A DNA stretch of 64,000 nt, from NCBI GenBank assembly GCA_963799775.1, contig CAWCYD010000003.1, forward strand, positions 608,001-672,000, given 5' to 3'. This DNA is from an uncultured archaeon. Its GTDB lineage: Archaea; Thermoproteota; Nitrososphaeria; Nitrososphaerales; Gagatemarchaeaceae. This document shows positions 29,102 to 38,836 of this stretch, piece after piece; within the stretch, counting starts at the first letter, position 1; every line of letters begins with the position of its first letter. The notes beneath the pieces were generated by a model that was not told where the DNA came from, did no database searches, and saw only the letters and a list, made by a program, of their open reading frames with translations. A program made the position numbers and the translations under genes.

Positions 29102-30030
29102 GCGACCTCCTTGCCAACGGTCGAGTCGGCTATCACGAGCACACTTAGCCCGCCCAAGGGGACCAGTGCGTAGGTGATGAGGTAGATCAGCGTCAGGATG
29201 CTAAAGCCGCCGATGCTCCCTGAGATTATGCCGATGACCGAGAACATGATGAGGAGCAGCAACGGGGTGACCACCAGGAGGATGGTGTAGAGCTCAGCGA
29301 CGAAGCCCACCGACTCGCCTATGCTGCGGGCCTTTAGCCTCTTGTCGAGCATGAGGGAGGCCGCAGTCCTCAAGAGGTAGGCCTTCACCTCGCCGCCGGT
29401 CCTAGAAGCTGAGATGAATCCGTCGAGAAAGTCGGAGAACCTCTCAGAGGGGGATCGCTTCTGCTCCGCCTCGAGAGCGTGCTCCAGGTCCATCCCTAGG
29501 AGCGACATGTCCCTCACTATCATCTTGGCCTCCTCGTTCACCACGTCTGCCGACTCCTCCTCGGCGAGAGAGTGGAACATCTTCTCGGGGGTGAGGCCGG
29601 CCGACGCCAGCACTGCCATGTGCCCCACGGTGAAGGAGAGCTGGGAGTCCAGCTTCCGCCCCCGCGAGTTCGCCGTGAACTGGGGGTAGATGTAGAAGAC
29701 CGAGAAGGTCAGGGCGCCTGCCAGGAGCGCGAAGCCGAAAGGCATGAGCAGACGGAAGAACAGGAAAGTGTTGAGGTAGAAGGCGATGAGGAAACCGGTC
29801 AGCGCACCGCCTATGATGGCGAGCATCGAGGCTACCACGGTCCCTGCGACGTATGCCTTGTAGGTGATCCGCATGCCCGCCTTTGAGAGGGTCGGGTCCA
29901 GGTCGGCGAAGTAGGTCTCAAACCTGGCGAGATACGGCTGCATGAGGATGTAGGACATCCCCCAGAAGCCTGCCGCCATCGAGGAGCCCTTTGCCTTCAC
30001 TGCCTTCGTCTTGACCGCCTTGGCCTTCAA
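29098..30030 (-). CDS. Second type IV pilus platform protein (TadC/T2SSF family)
   Basis: LSKAGM, LDSQLSFTVGHMAVLASAG, RSPSERF. TTG start overlaps the corrected ATPase stop (TTGA). Confidence 0.88.
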   Translation of the reverse strand: MKAKAVKTKAVKAKGSSMAAGFWGMSYILMQPYLARFETYFADLDPTLSKAGMRITYKAYVAGTVVASMLAIIGGALTGFLIAFYLNTFLFFRLLMPFGFALLAGALTFSVFYIYPQFTANSRGRKLDSQLSFTVGHMAVLASAGLTPEKMFHSLAEEESADVVNEEAKMIVRDMSLLGMDLEHALEAEQKRSPSERFSDFLDGFISASRTGGEVKAYLLRTAASLMLDKRLKARSIGESVGFVAELYTILLVVTPLLLLIMFSVIGIISGSIGGFSILTLIYLITYALVPLGGLSVLVIADSTVGKEVA

Positions 30031-33000
30031 GGCTTGAGCCCCTCCAACTCGACCTTGGCCTTGTTGATGACGGCGTAGGGTCCCGCGTAGAACTCCCTCA
30101 CTTGGTCGGAGACCTCCGTGTGGCTGCGGATGTTCTTCGCTACCAGCCAGTCGAGGAACACCCTCCGTCCGTCGATCTCTCTCCGGATCTCCTCGGGCCG
30201 GGGCCCCGAACCTCGTCGTGATCTTGTCGAAGAGCTTGCTGCGGCCGGTGAAGGAGAACTTGTCGACCACCGGGTCCCATTTGAAGGCGTCGTTGAGGAT
30301 TATCTCACCGGTGCGGGTATCGTGCCCGACGACCTCGGTCACTGCGACGACCCTCCTCACAGACCTGTCGGCGAGACGGATCTTCAGCTGCATGACTATG
30401 CAGTCCAGGGTCGTCCCCACGAGGCTTCTCGGGATGTTCATCGGCTCTGTGGTGAGCCTGTTGATCACCGCCTCCACGGAGTCGGCGTGGATAGTCCCAA
30501 GGCCTCCGTGGCCGGTCGAGATGGACTGCATGAGCGTGAAGGCCTCTTCTCCCCTGATCTCTCCCACTATGAGGACGTCCGGGCGCTGCCTGAGGGAAGC
30601 CTTCAGGAGGTCGAACATGGTGATCTCGCTCGCGGTGCCCACTCCCCTAGTGACAGACTGGATCCAGTTCTCGTGTGGTAAATTTAATTCAGGAGTATCC
30701 TCGACCGACACTATCTTTTCTCCGGGCTCGATGAACATCGAGAGCGCATTCAGGGTGGTCGTGTTGTGTAGGAAGACGCCTCCTGAACCGCCAACGAAGT
30801 TCTCCGCTCCCGGTACTTCCAAGTCGTAGACGAACTCGCCATCGTACTCAACCTCACTGACGTCGACCACCTCGTCCCAGAAGATGTCAGAGTAGGCGAG
30901 ATTGAGGAGCCTCTGCGCGACCGAATCCTGTGCGCCCGTAACCTTGACGAAGGAGAGCAGCGTGTTCCGACTCATTGACTTGTTTTTGGTCGGGGACCAA
31001 TATGAATGCCAGTTGCTCCAGACTTCTTTCTTCTCCTTGCCGCCCTTGAATGCCAAGGCCTCCTTGAGCAGCGGGGCGATTCCAGGAATTGTGTCCACAT
31101 TGGTGTGAGGATGAACCTCGGCCTGGACAGCCGCCCTCAGCTTGGATTGGCGTGGACTATCCAGGAACCCGATTGATTCCTCGAATTTCCTGAGGTTCGC
31201 TTGTCCAAAAATTGATATCCTGTGATAAGTTTTCCCATCGACAACTTTCGGCGCTTTGCGAGCTACAATGTCGAACCGCAAGAGAACGTACTGCAGCTGG
31301 TAAGCGAGCTCCTCGCTCTTCGTCGTGGCCTCGATGACTGCTCCCGCAGACGCGTCCCCAGTGAAATAGCCGCGGAGAAACTCGGCAAGAATCTGGTTGC
31401 TGTCTTCCAAGACGAAGGAGGGGATTCTCTTGCTGGCCGAACCACTCCCCTTCCCGAACATCGCAGCTACGATGCTCTTCACCACGCTCGAATTGAAATC
31501 AATCCTTGTCCTGTCCGATCCCTTGCTGGGCTTGCCCTTTATCCCAAAGGCCCTGAAAGCTGAATCGATCATGTCCTCCCTGGTCCTCGCATCTAGTTGG
31601 AACAGGGAGAGGCCCTTTTCCTGATACATCCCTTCGGCGGCCCAGAACCCAAGGAATCTAGCCAGAGGCTTCGAAACAGAAAGAGATGCAGGGACCCTGA
31701 AGGTGGCGTTCGTCTTGGCTCTTATCCAGAGCGACTTGGTTTCGACCGCAATCCCAGCTGCGTCCATTAGCGAGAGGAACCCCTTGACTGGTGCAACGAG
31801 GAATGCGCGACTGATTCCTTCTCTGATGGTGCGGACTCTGATCCCAACGAGCTTGGAGGCTTCAGCTTGGCCGAGTTTCTCGACTCCCATACGAACGTAA
31901 TCTGCTACGTTCTCGACGTAGAACTGCGTCTTGGCGTCTCGAAGCAGCTTGAGCAGGTCGATGCTTCCTACGGCCGGCAGGGCATCGGGGAGATACCTTG
32001 GTATCGCGACGAACATTCCGGGAGTTAGCAACGATGTTTGATACGGCAATACCTCGCCATCCGCAATAGTGAACAAGGAGTGATCGCCGGTTGCCTTGAC
32101 ACTTCTCCCGGATCGAGTCTTCACGACGAAGATCTTCTTCGGCGAGCGATGCCGCACGATGGACTTTACGCGATGGTGTCCGACTCTAAGATCATGACCG
32201 AATGCGGCGGTCTCGATGCCTCGACAGGATACCGTCTCGTAGACACCTTCTCTTGATACTTCACCGGATCTCGCCATCTCGTCGTAGAAACGGCCGATGG
32301 AAACTAGTCTGCCGTGGCCATTTTGGTAGATCCAAACCTTCTCGTCGCGAGGGATGCTCTTGCCACTCGCGGTCCCGCCTGCGATGAGGAGCGCGAGCTT
32401 CTTCTCGATGAGATACCAGAGGTAGGCCGCTACATCCGAGCTCATCGTGTTGTAGCGGATGAGGTCGATGATAGTGAGAGGGTCGGTCCTGAACTTCCTG
32501 ATCGTGAATGTGCTCCCTCGCTGCGTGATCTCCTTCCCGAAAGTGAGGTGGAGCCTGCTGCCATCGGTGAGGGATGCGTCCACGATGGGCTCGGCCAGCG
32601 AGACGTGCTTCCCTGCGGAGTAGGCGAGCTTTGAGACGAAAGTGTCGAGCTCGTCCTCCGTCTCGAAGATGATGTTCGTGGGGATGGACTCGTAGTCGCG
32701 ATACCAGATGTAAATCGGGATGCCCGCGCCGTCGCAGCTAATGTCCTCGATGAGCTTGTCCCTCATGAGGGGCTCTATCTTGCCGAGGTGGATGAAGTCC
32801 CTCGTCATGTAATAGAGCAGCTTTGTCATCGTCGGCGGGGAGATCTTGTATCCGTACTTTTTCGCGAGCTCCTTCACCTTGGCCGAGATGTAGCGCTCCG
32901 CCTTCTCCGTGCTCCCGATGTTCCGGAGGTCGACGTCCAGCTCGTCGATGAGGAGCTTCTTGAGGTCTGCGAGGCTCGCCTTCTCCTCCTCCGACATGCT

Positions 33001-33507
33001 CGGTTCGATGACCACGTAGGTGTACCCCTCGCGACCCTCTTCCTTCGTGACCGCGGCGTAGATGTTGAGCGGATAGCCCTCGAGCTGGACGATGTCGACG
33101 AACGGCTGGGTCTCGGCGGTCTCCTCGAGCTTGAGCTCCCCGACCCTGAGGGCTCCGCTCTGGGACTGCGATTGCAAGGGGGCTGCCTCTCCAGCAGGCC
33201 TGCCGCTTATCTTTGCTACGTTTCGCACTGTCCTCGCCTTTGCGCCGATGTACTTTGTGAGGACGCTGGGCGTGGCCCTGAAGAGCCAGTAGACGAACCC
33301 GCTAGCGAACGAGACCAAGATGACTGTGACGATCGCGCCGGCGAGTGTCGGAGCGAGCCTGAGAGAGGTAACGAGGAAGTCTGAGATTGGGAGGCGGTAG
33401 ACCGCGCCCGTGAAGGAATCGAGAGCCTCGACGGTAAGGTAACCCATGAGAAAGTTGCCCAGGACGACTAGCGCGAGCTCAAAGAGCCACGCCTTCGGTA
33501 GCTTCAA
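30027..33507 (-). CDS. Type IV pilus assembly ATPase (VirB11/FlaI/PilB-like) with intein; frameshift near 30205
   Basis: IEDISCDG, TIRKF, GGTASGK|TT, SVEDTPEL, LRQRPD..IVGEIRG, TGH..TIHA. Corrected tail RPEEIRREIDGRRVFLDWL...LEGLKP*. Confidence 0.92.
30763..32358 (-). mobile_element. Intein (532 aa) with LAGLIDADG homing endonuclease
   Basis: GK|SIPRDEKV, VKATGDHSLF (block B), FLGFWAAEG and FLRGYFTGDA, VYDLEVPGAENF...LHN|T. Confidence 0.95.
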
Positions 33508-33658
33508 TGATTCTTCCAGATAATTCCTATATTACTATTTAAAAGAGTGTGTAACTTTTCAGGGGACAGACCGCTAGACGCCAGACCAAAGAGCAAATCA
33601 CCATGCATAGCCTCTTTTGCATGGCCATCTCGGCATCTCGCATGGTTGTCGCTCTTGA

Positions 33659-33685
33659 GAACAAGTTGTTCAGGCCCATTATAAG
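33659..33685 (+). promoter_or_regulatory. Perfect palindromic operator GAACAAGTTGTTC with TATA box
   Basis: Palindrome at 33659-33671, 7-nt spacer, TTATAAG at 33679-33685, ATG at 33710. Confidence 0.78.
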
Positions 33686-33709
33686 CTGAATGTGGACCCT
33701 TCGTCCCTA

Positions 33710-34063
33710 ATGGCTGAGCATCTCGAGACTTTCACTGTCGATGCGAAGCGAGGAGACGTCAGGGACCTTTGCATCAAATATCTAACCGGTTTCAAGTACA
33801 AGCTGCTTCGGGAGGAGGACCAGTCGCTTCTCTTTGAGAAGGGCTCGATGAGGAGGAACATCTTCACGTTCTCGTTCGAAGAGGCCTACAAGAGGGTCAA
33901 GGTCTCGGTGGTCGGTAGCGATAAGCTCCCTGTGACTTCGGTGTCCATCCTCTTCACCCTTCCGTATCTCAGGCTCCGCAAGGACGAGATCGACGGGATA
34001 AGGTCGGTCACAAGGTCCCTTCACGAGTTCATCCAGATCACGATGGGCTACGTCACCACGTAG
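33710..34063 (+). CDS. Hypothetical protein divergent from the pilus ATPase
   Basis: 117-aa ORF with a leaderless-type promoter carrying the pilin operator. Confidence 0.7.
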   Translation: MAEHLETFTVDAKRGDVRDLCIKYLTGFKYKLLREEDQSLLFEKGSMRRNIFTFSFEEAYKRVKVSVVGSDKLPVTSVSILFTLPYLRLRKDEIDGIRSVTRSLHEFIQITMGYVTT

Positions 34064-34196
34064 ACACACCGAATACCAGAAACATCGCTCGCCCGGGGCA
34101 CCATGATTCTTCCTCCGTCTGACTTGCGGGGGGAAAGTCAGACTTTCGCTACTCTCAATGAGATGCCCTGGGTGGCTACACTCCTCACACTTGTAG

Positions 34197-34445
34197 TCAC
34201 CCCTCGAGAACGGGTTTGAGCCGCCTATACTCTTTCAGCATGAGGTCGAGGGTCGGGCGTAGGTTCCCTGTGGTCTGGTATTGTCTGAGGGCCTCATAAT
34301 ACTGCTTTCTGTTCTTCAGCTCGATGTTCAAGGGAAGTAGTCCATGCTTAATCAGGGCGTTGATCAGCAGCAGCCTGCCGACCCTGCCATTACCGTCTTG
34401 GAAAGGATGAGTCGTCTCGAACTGGTTGTGCAACACATTTATCAT
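34197..34445 (-). pseudogene. Fic-family protein, C-terminal remnant
   Basis: HPFQDGNGRVGR motif present, N-terminal half missing. Confidence 0.8.
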
Positions 34446-34499
34446 GACGAAACGGCCCGGAATCAGAAAATTGAGCAACCGGCCGCGGCGGCATCGTCA

Positions 34500-35198
34500 A
34501 TGAGCAAGGCTGCGACGGGAATTGCTGTCGCCGCGCTGATTGTCTCCTTGGTGGCGCTCGGGGGATTTGGGTACACATACACGATGGTAACGCAAGCGAT
34601 CCACAACGCCCAGAACAACAATACCAACGGCAACCAGCAGACGACCGGGACCTCCAACGGCAACTCTCAAAATAATAGCGGCTGCACGTCGAATTGCAAT
34701 TCTCAAACCAACGGCGGCTGCACCTCAAACTGCGGTCCACAGACCAGTGGCAGTTGCACTTCCAACTGCAATTCCCAGACCAACGGGGGGTGCGCTTCCA
34801 ACTGCACAGGAGGCGGGACTAACGTGGTAGTCACAGTGACCTCTGGGACGACGACGACCTTGGACCAATGCCAGGGTACCTCCAACGGCCAAACACAGAC
34901 GTATTCGTCGCCTGCGAATAACAACGACCAGTGCCTCCTTACGGGAAATCAAGTGCTTGTGTTCACATTTGTGGCTGGCGCATCCGGACTGTCCGCGACA
35001 GGTTCGTTCCAATCGCAGAGCAACATCGACGTCAAGTTCACTGACGTTACGGCGTCGCAGACTCTCAACAGCCAGACGGCCACCACAGGCTCAAGCTTCA
35101 CCGATCAGCTGACAAACGGCCACACCTACGTTGTCCAGATCACCAACGATGGGGCTCAGAACAACGCGCTGACCTTGAGCTTCTCCATCACCGGCTAG
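34500..35198 (+). CDS. Membrane-anchored exported protein with Cys-rich 12-aa repeats
   Basis: N-terminal TM segment, four GCTSNCNSQTNG-type repeats, beta-rich C-terminal domain. Confidence 0.75.
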   Translation: MSKAATGIAVAALIVSLVALGGFGYTYTMVTQAIHNAQNNNTNGNQQTTGTSNGNSQNNSGCTSNCNSQTNGGCTSNCGPQTSGSCTSNCNSQTNGGCASNCTGGGTNVVVTVTSGTTTTLDQCQGTSNGQTQTYSSPANNNDQCLLTGNQVLVFTFVAGASGLSATGSFQSQSNIDVKFTDVTASQTLNSQTATTGSSFTDQLTNGHTYVVQITNDGAQNNALTLSFSITG

Positions 35199-35277
35199 TC
35201 GAAGCATCGAAGCTCGAAACGAATCAAAGCTAGTTGTGCTTAAGTGGTATCTTGGGAATGTAGCACTTGGCATCAGT

Positions 35278-35538
35278 ATGACTGAAGAAGTCGTGGTAAC
35301 ACGCAAAGGCCAGACGACGGTTCCGGTGAGATTCAGGAAGAAGTACGGAATCCAGGAGGGGACGAAGCTACAGGTCGAAGACACTGGCAAGGGGATATTA
35401 TTCAAGAAGACGACGAGCACACTCGAACTGATCGGCTCCGGGTCCAAGTACGCTTCCGTCGAGGAGATGAAGAAACTCCTGGACGAGATGAGGGCCGAAG
35501 AAGAGCGAAAGGCACCTCATACGATACGAGATTCCTGA
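35278..35538 (+). CDS. AbrB/MazE-family antitoxin
   Basis: VTRKGQTTVPVRFRKKYGIQEG. Confidence 0.9.
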   Translation: MTEEVVVTRKGQTTVPVRFRKKYGIQEGTKLQVEDTGKGILFKKTTSTLELIGSGSKYASVEEMKKLLDEMRAEEERKAPHTIRDS

Positions 35539-35894
35539 TCGAACTGTGTTACGCCAGCGAGCTCGCAATCAAGGAGAAGATCAAGAACGTGCTGTTGGTC
35601 TCAGAGCCGAACTATCTTTCGACCGCCGCCCTATCCGAGATCTACAAGCTGACCTTGGAAAAGGAGGGCAAGGACGTGGCGGAGATCAGGGCGACTTCCC
35701 TGGCCAAGGACTTCAAACTGGTCGATGTCGACAAGGAGATATCAGTTCAGGCTGCGCTCATCAAGCACAAACACGAAATCCCCTTCGCAGACAGTCTGAT
35801 CGCCTCCACGGCCAGAGTCCTAAGGATTCCATGCTACACACATGACGCTCACTTTCACGGGATAGACGGAGTCACTTCGAAATGGCTCAGGTAG
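35505..35894 (+). CDS. vapC: VapC PIN toxin (start codon apparently mutated to GCG)
   Basis: SYDTRFLI...ALSEI...IPFADSLIA...YTHDAHF in frame from 35505. Confidence 0.8.
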   Translation, partial: AKGTSYDTRFLIELCYASELAIKEKIKNVLLVSEPNYLSTAALSEIYKLTLEKEGKDVAEIRATSLAKDFKLVDVDKEISVQAALIKHKHEIPFADSLIASTARVLRIPCYTHDAHFHGIDGVTSKWLR

Positions 35895-35996
35895 TTCCCG
35901 CGTCGCAGCCACCTGAGGCGAGGCCAGGTCATCGCTCCTCTTCGGTCCGAGATGGTCTAGCGCCTGGCCGGGGCTTTGCTTGTGGCTCGGAGGCGA

Positions 35997-37274
35997 CTAG
36001 CTCGCAAAGATCTCTCTACGCAGTCTCGTGACCGCCGCCACGGGGTCGGCACCGTCTATCAGGATCACTCCAACGAGGTTCGCCAGTCTTGGGAGGTCGT
36101 CGCCGCTGAAAGGTGAGCCGATAACGACAAGGCGAGGTGTCTTGATCTCGATCCCTTTCATGATAGCGGCAATCATGTCCTCTCTCACTGCGCCCTCGTC
36201 GTTCCCCATCACGACCTCCAGCGCGTAGCTCCTCTTTTCCGACGAAAGGAGCGCAGGCACTTCGTAATCCGCGCCCGATACACCCTTTAGGTGTCCGGGA
36301 GCCTCTACCTTCCACCCCTCCAGGGGGAGGGACGCCTTCACGATGTCGATCATGGCCTTCGCCCTCTCCTCTGCCCTCCTGCCCGTCTTCAGCTCGTGAA
36401 GCCGGTCCTTCGCGTCCACGCTCCCTTCGAACGCCTTTGCGAACATAGGAGCCATGGTCCCAGCGTAGTCCATGCTGTTTGTCCAGATGGCCACGTCCTT
36501 CTCGTTCTTCCTGCCCACGACATCATCGAGCACGAGGGAGACAAGCACTTGGCTATGGTCAGCCAACACGATCCTGCTCTTGGCGAAGTCGTCTGAATGC
36601 TTGAGAGCTGCCGCACGAAGAACGGCTTCACTCGCCTCGGTCGTCTGGTGGTCTACGATGCTGATGATCCTGGCCTTCACCCCTCGCTTCTTCGCCTCCT
36701 TCAGGCCCTCGGCAACGCCCAGGATGTGAAGTTGAAGCAGGTCGTTGCGCGTCAGGACCATCTCGAGGGTCTCGGCCGCGCCCGCGACTATCCTGAGGAT
36801 CTGGGCGTAGATCTGCTCCCTTCCTTGGACCATCTTGAAGCTGTATTCCTCACGTTCCGAGCGCTGCAGCGGTGCTAGCGTCCTCCCAATCGAGACGACC
36901 TCGGCCCTTCCCTTCTCCATCTCCTCGAGCTTCTTCATCTGGCGGTCCATCATCATCGCGACCACCTGCTCGATCGGCTCAGCGGTGTACTTGACCGGGT
37001 TCCCCGGGGAGGCCACCACCATGCCCGAGTCGGCGAGCCTCTTGATTATCCTGTAGACCTCCATCCGCCTTATCTGGACCGCCTTTGCTATCTCGCCGGC
37101 GCTCTCCTTTCCGCTCGTCAGGAGGCTGAGGTAGACGAGCGACTCCCTATCGGAGAGGCCGTATTGCATGAGGAGGCTCTGCGCCCTTTCGTCCAACTTC
37201 GATGCGAGGACGACGTCCGGTTGATAAATCTTGAACCGTATTCGATTAGATGTAGCGAGCGGACGTGGTTGCAT
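35997..37274 (-). CDS. TrmB-family transcriptional regulator with extra C-terminal domain
   Basis: YGLSDRESLVYLSLL..AGEIA..RMEVYRIIKRL, effector-binding domain with AIWTNS. True start probably TTG near 37196. Confidence 0.88.
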   Translation of the reverse strand: MQPRPLATSNRIRFKIYQPDVVLASKLDERAQSLLMQYGLSDRESLVYLSLLTSGKESAGEIAKAVQIRRMEVYRIIKRLADSGMVVASPGNPVKYTAEPIEQVVAMMMDRQMKKLEEMEKGRAEVVSIGRTLAPLQRSEREEYSFKMVQGREQIYAQILRIVAGAAETLEMVLTRNDLLQLHILGVAEGLKEAKKRGVKARIISIVDHQTTEASEAVLRAAALKHSDDFAKSRIVLADHSQVLVSLVLDDVVGRKNEKDVAIWTNSMDYAGTMAPMFAKAFEGSVDAKDRLHELKTGRRAEERAKAMIDIVKASLPLEGWKVEAPGHLKGVSGADYEVPALLSSEKRSYALEVVMGNDEGAVREDMIAAIMKGIEIKTPRLVVIGSPFSGDDLPRLANLVGVILIDGADPVAAVTRLRREIFAS

Positions 37275-37345
37275 TACATCCTGTTTTCGGCGCTTAGCCC
37301 CCCTGGGCAGAAGGCAGGATTAGTGGCAAGCAAGAGCATGATAAA

Positions 37346-38538
37346 GGCTCTGCCATATCTACCGGACCTCATGTAGACCTGGCTTCGAGGATTCAGCTCG
37401 GAGGATTGGAGCAATCGTCGTCTCGTTCCCCTTCACAGCTTCATCTGTGCCTCGCGCTCCTGAGTGAGCCTGACCCAGACATCTTATCTTGCCGCGACGC
37501 TCGATGTTGATTGCAGAATTCGGGTCGCGTTCGAGCGTGGCACCACAATGAGGGCATGGCCAGCTCCTATCGGTGACTTTCAACTTGTGATTGATGTAGC
37601 CACAAAGATGACATGTCTTTGAGGTGTAGGCAGCAGGGACGTACTCGATTGGTACGCCAGCCCATTTGGCCTTGTAGTCGATGTATGATTGCAATTGCCT
37701 GAAAGGCCAGAGAGCAATCCTGCGTCTGGACGCCTTTCCCTCTCCGTTCCGCTTTCCGTGGGCGTACCTGATTCCCTTCAGTTTCTCGAGGACGATCGCT
37801 TCGTTGTTGGCCCTGGCCTTCTCGACTATCAGCGTCGAGACCCTGTGCAACTCTTGGCTGACCCGCTCCTTTTCTCTCCTTGATGACGCGAACTTCTTCT
37901 TGAGACGCCTGTCATTGGGATGTCTCTCGTAGAACCCGGAGCGCCTGACCCCGTAGAGCGTGTGCAGCCTGGCTACCTCTGAGAGGTCGTGCGAGTGTCC
38001 CGTCGCTCCCGACGATCGATTTCTCGTTGAGGTCATACCCGACCCGCGTTGCTGGATCTGACACCGGCATCTCTTTCGAGAAGGCAATGACAATCGAAGT
38101 CTCCGTTATTGTTACGGACCCGCGCTTCAGGGTCGCGTCCATCAGGAACGAGCGCTGGTAGTCGCCGTATTGCAACGGGATCAGGATTCGGCCTCCACCC
38201 TTCTTTGACGGTAGTGAAAGTACGGAGTAATTGAGCTTGTAGTTAGCAGAATCCATCTTGAACATCAAGCGCTTGGCGTATGGTCTTCGATGCCAACGCC
38301 TATGCTTCTTCACAATCGACCACGCTATTTCCGCAATCGAGTATGGAAGGCAGGACAAGACGCAGTACCTTTCTTGGAACTCCTTGTAGATCCTATCCCT
38401 GAGCCTCAATCGTCCCCTAATGTTCTCGTCAAGACAGATCCGGATGGCATCGTTGACCATATGTCTGAATGTGGTGAGGAGTTCAAGCGTCTGGGGAGTG
38501 GGATTGTATGCGAACTTGACTCCCTTGACGACCTTCAC
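37346..38538 (-). mobile_element. tnpB: IS200/IS605-family TnpB-only (IS1341-like) element; tnpB frameshifted near 37995
   Basis: RuvC motifs GYDLN, IVLEKL, ERDPNSAINI, zinc finger CHLC..CPHC, no tnpA adjacent. Confidence 0.88.
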
Positions 38539-38596
38539 ACACTATCCTGTCAGTTGCCCATATAAGCACCCACGCCGCACCGTAGAACCCGAAAAT

Positions 38597-38836
38597 ATGG
38601 GCGAGTCCCGAAGGATTCACAGAGGCATGATAAACATCCCAGCCAACATACGGAGGAAGTACGGCTTCAAGGAAGGGGATAAGGTGGTCTTCGTTGAGAC
38701 GGAACACGGGCTGATGCTGATACGTGTGCCCCCTCTGAAAGAGCTCTTCGGAATGGGACGGGACTATAAGGAGAAGCTGATCCAGATGGTCAGAGAGCTC
38801 GAAAAGGAGCACCGTGCGGAAGCGGCAAAAGGATGA
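38597..38836 (+). CDS. AbrB/MazE-family antitoxin
   Basis: RGMINIPANIRRKYGFKEGDKV. Confidence 0.9.
   Translation: MGESRRIHRGMINIPANIRRKYGFKEGDKVVFVETEHGLMLIRVPPLKELFGMGRDYKEKLIQMVRELEKEHRAEAAKG

Noticed and set aside
29098-33507. Apparent 1469-aa ATPase-TadC fusion
   Set aside because: Removing one base in the GGGGCCCC run near 30205 restores a normal ATPase C-terminus ending at 30027 and a separate TTG-started tadC, so the fusion is most likely an indel artefact.
14144-33507. Archaellum (motility) operon
   Set aside because: No recognisable ArlF/ArlG/ArlH or chemotaxis genes in the operon. Two TadC-like genes and adhesin-type pilins fit an adhesive pilus better.
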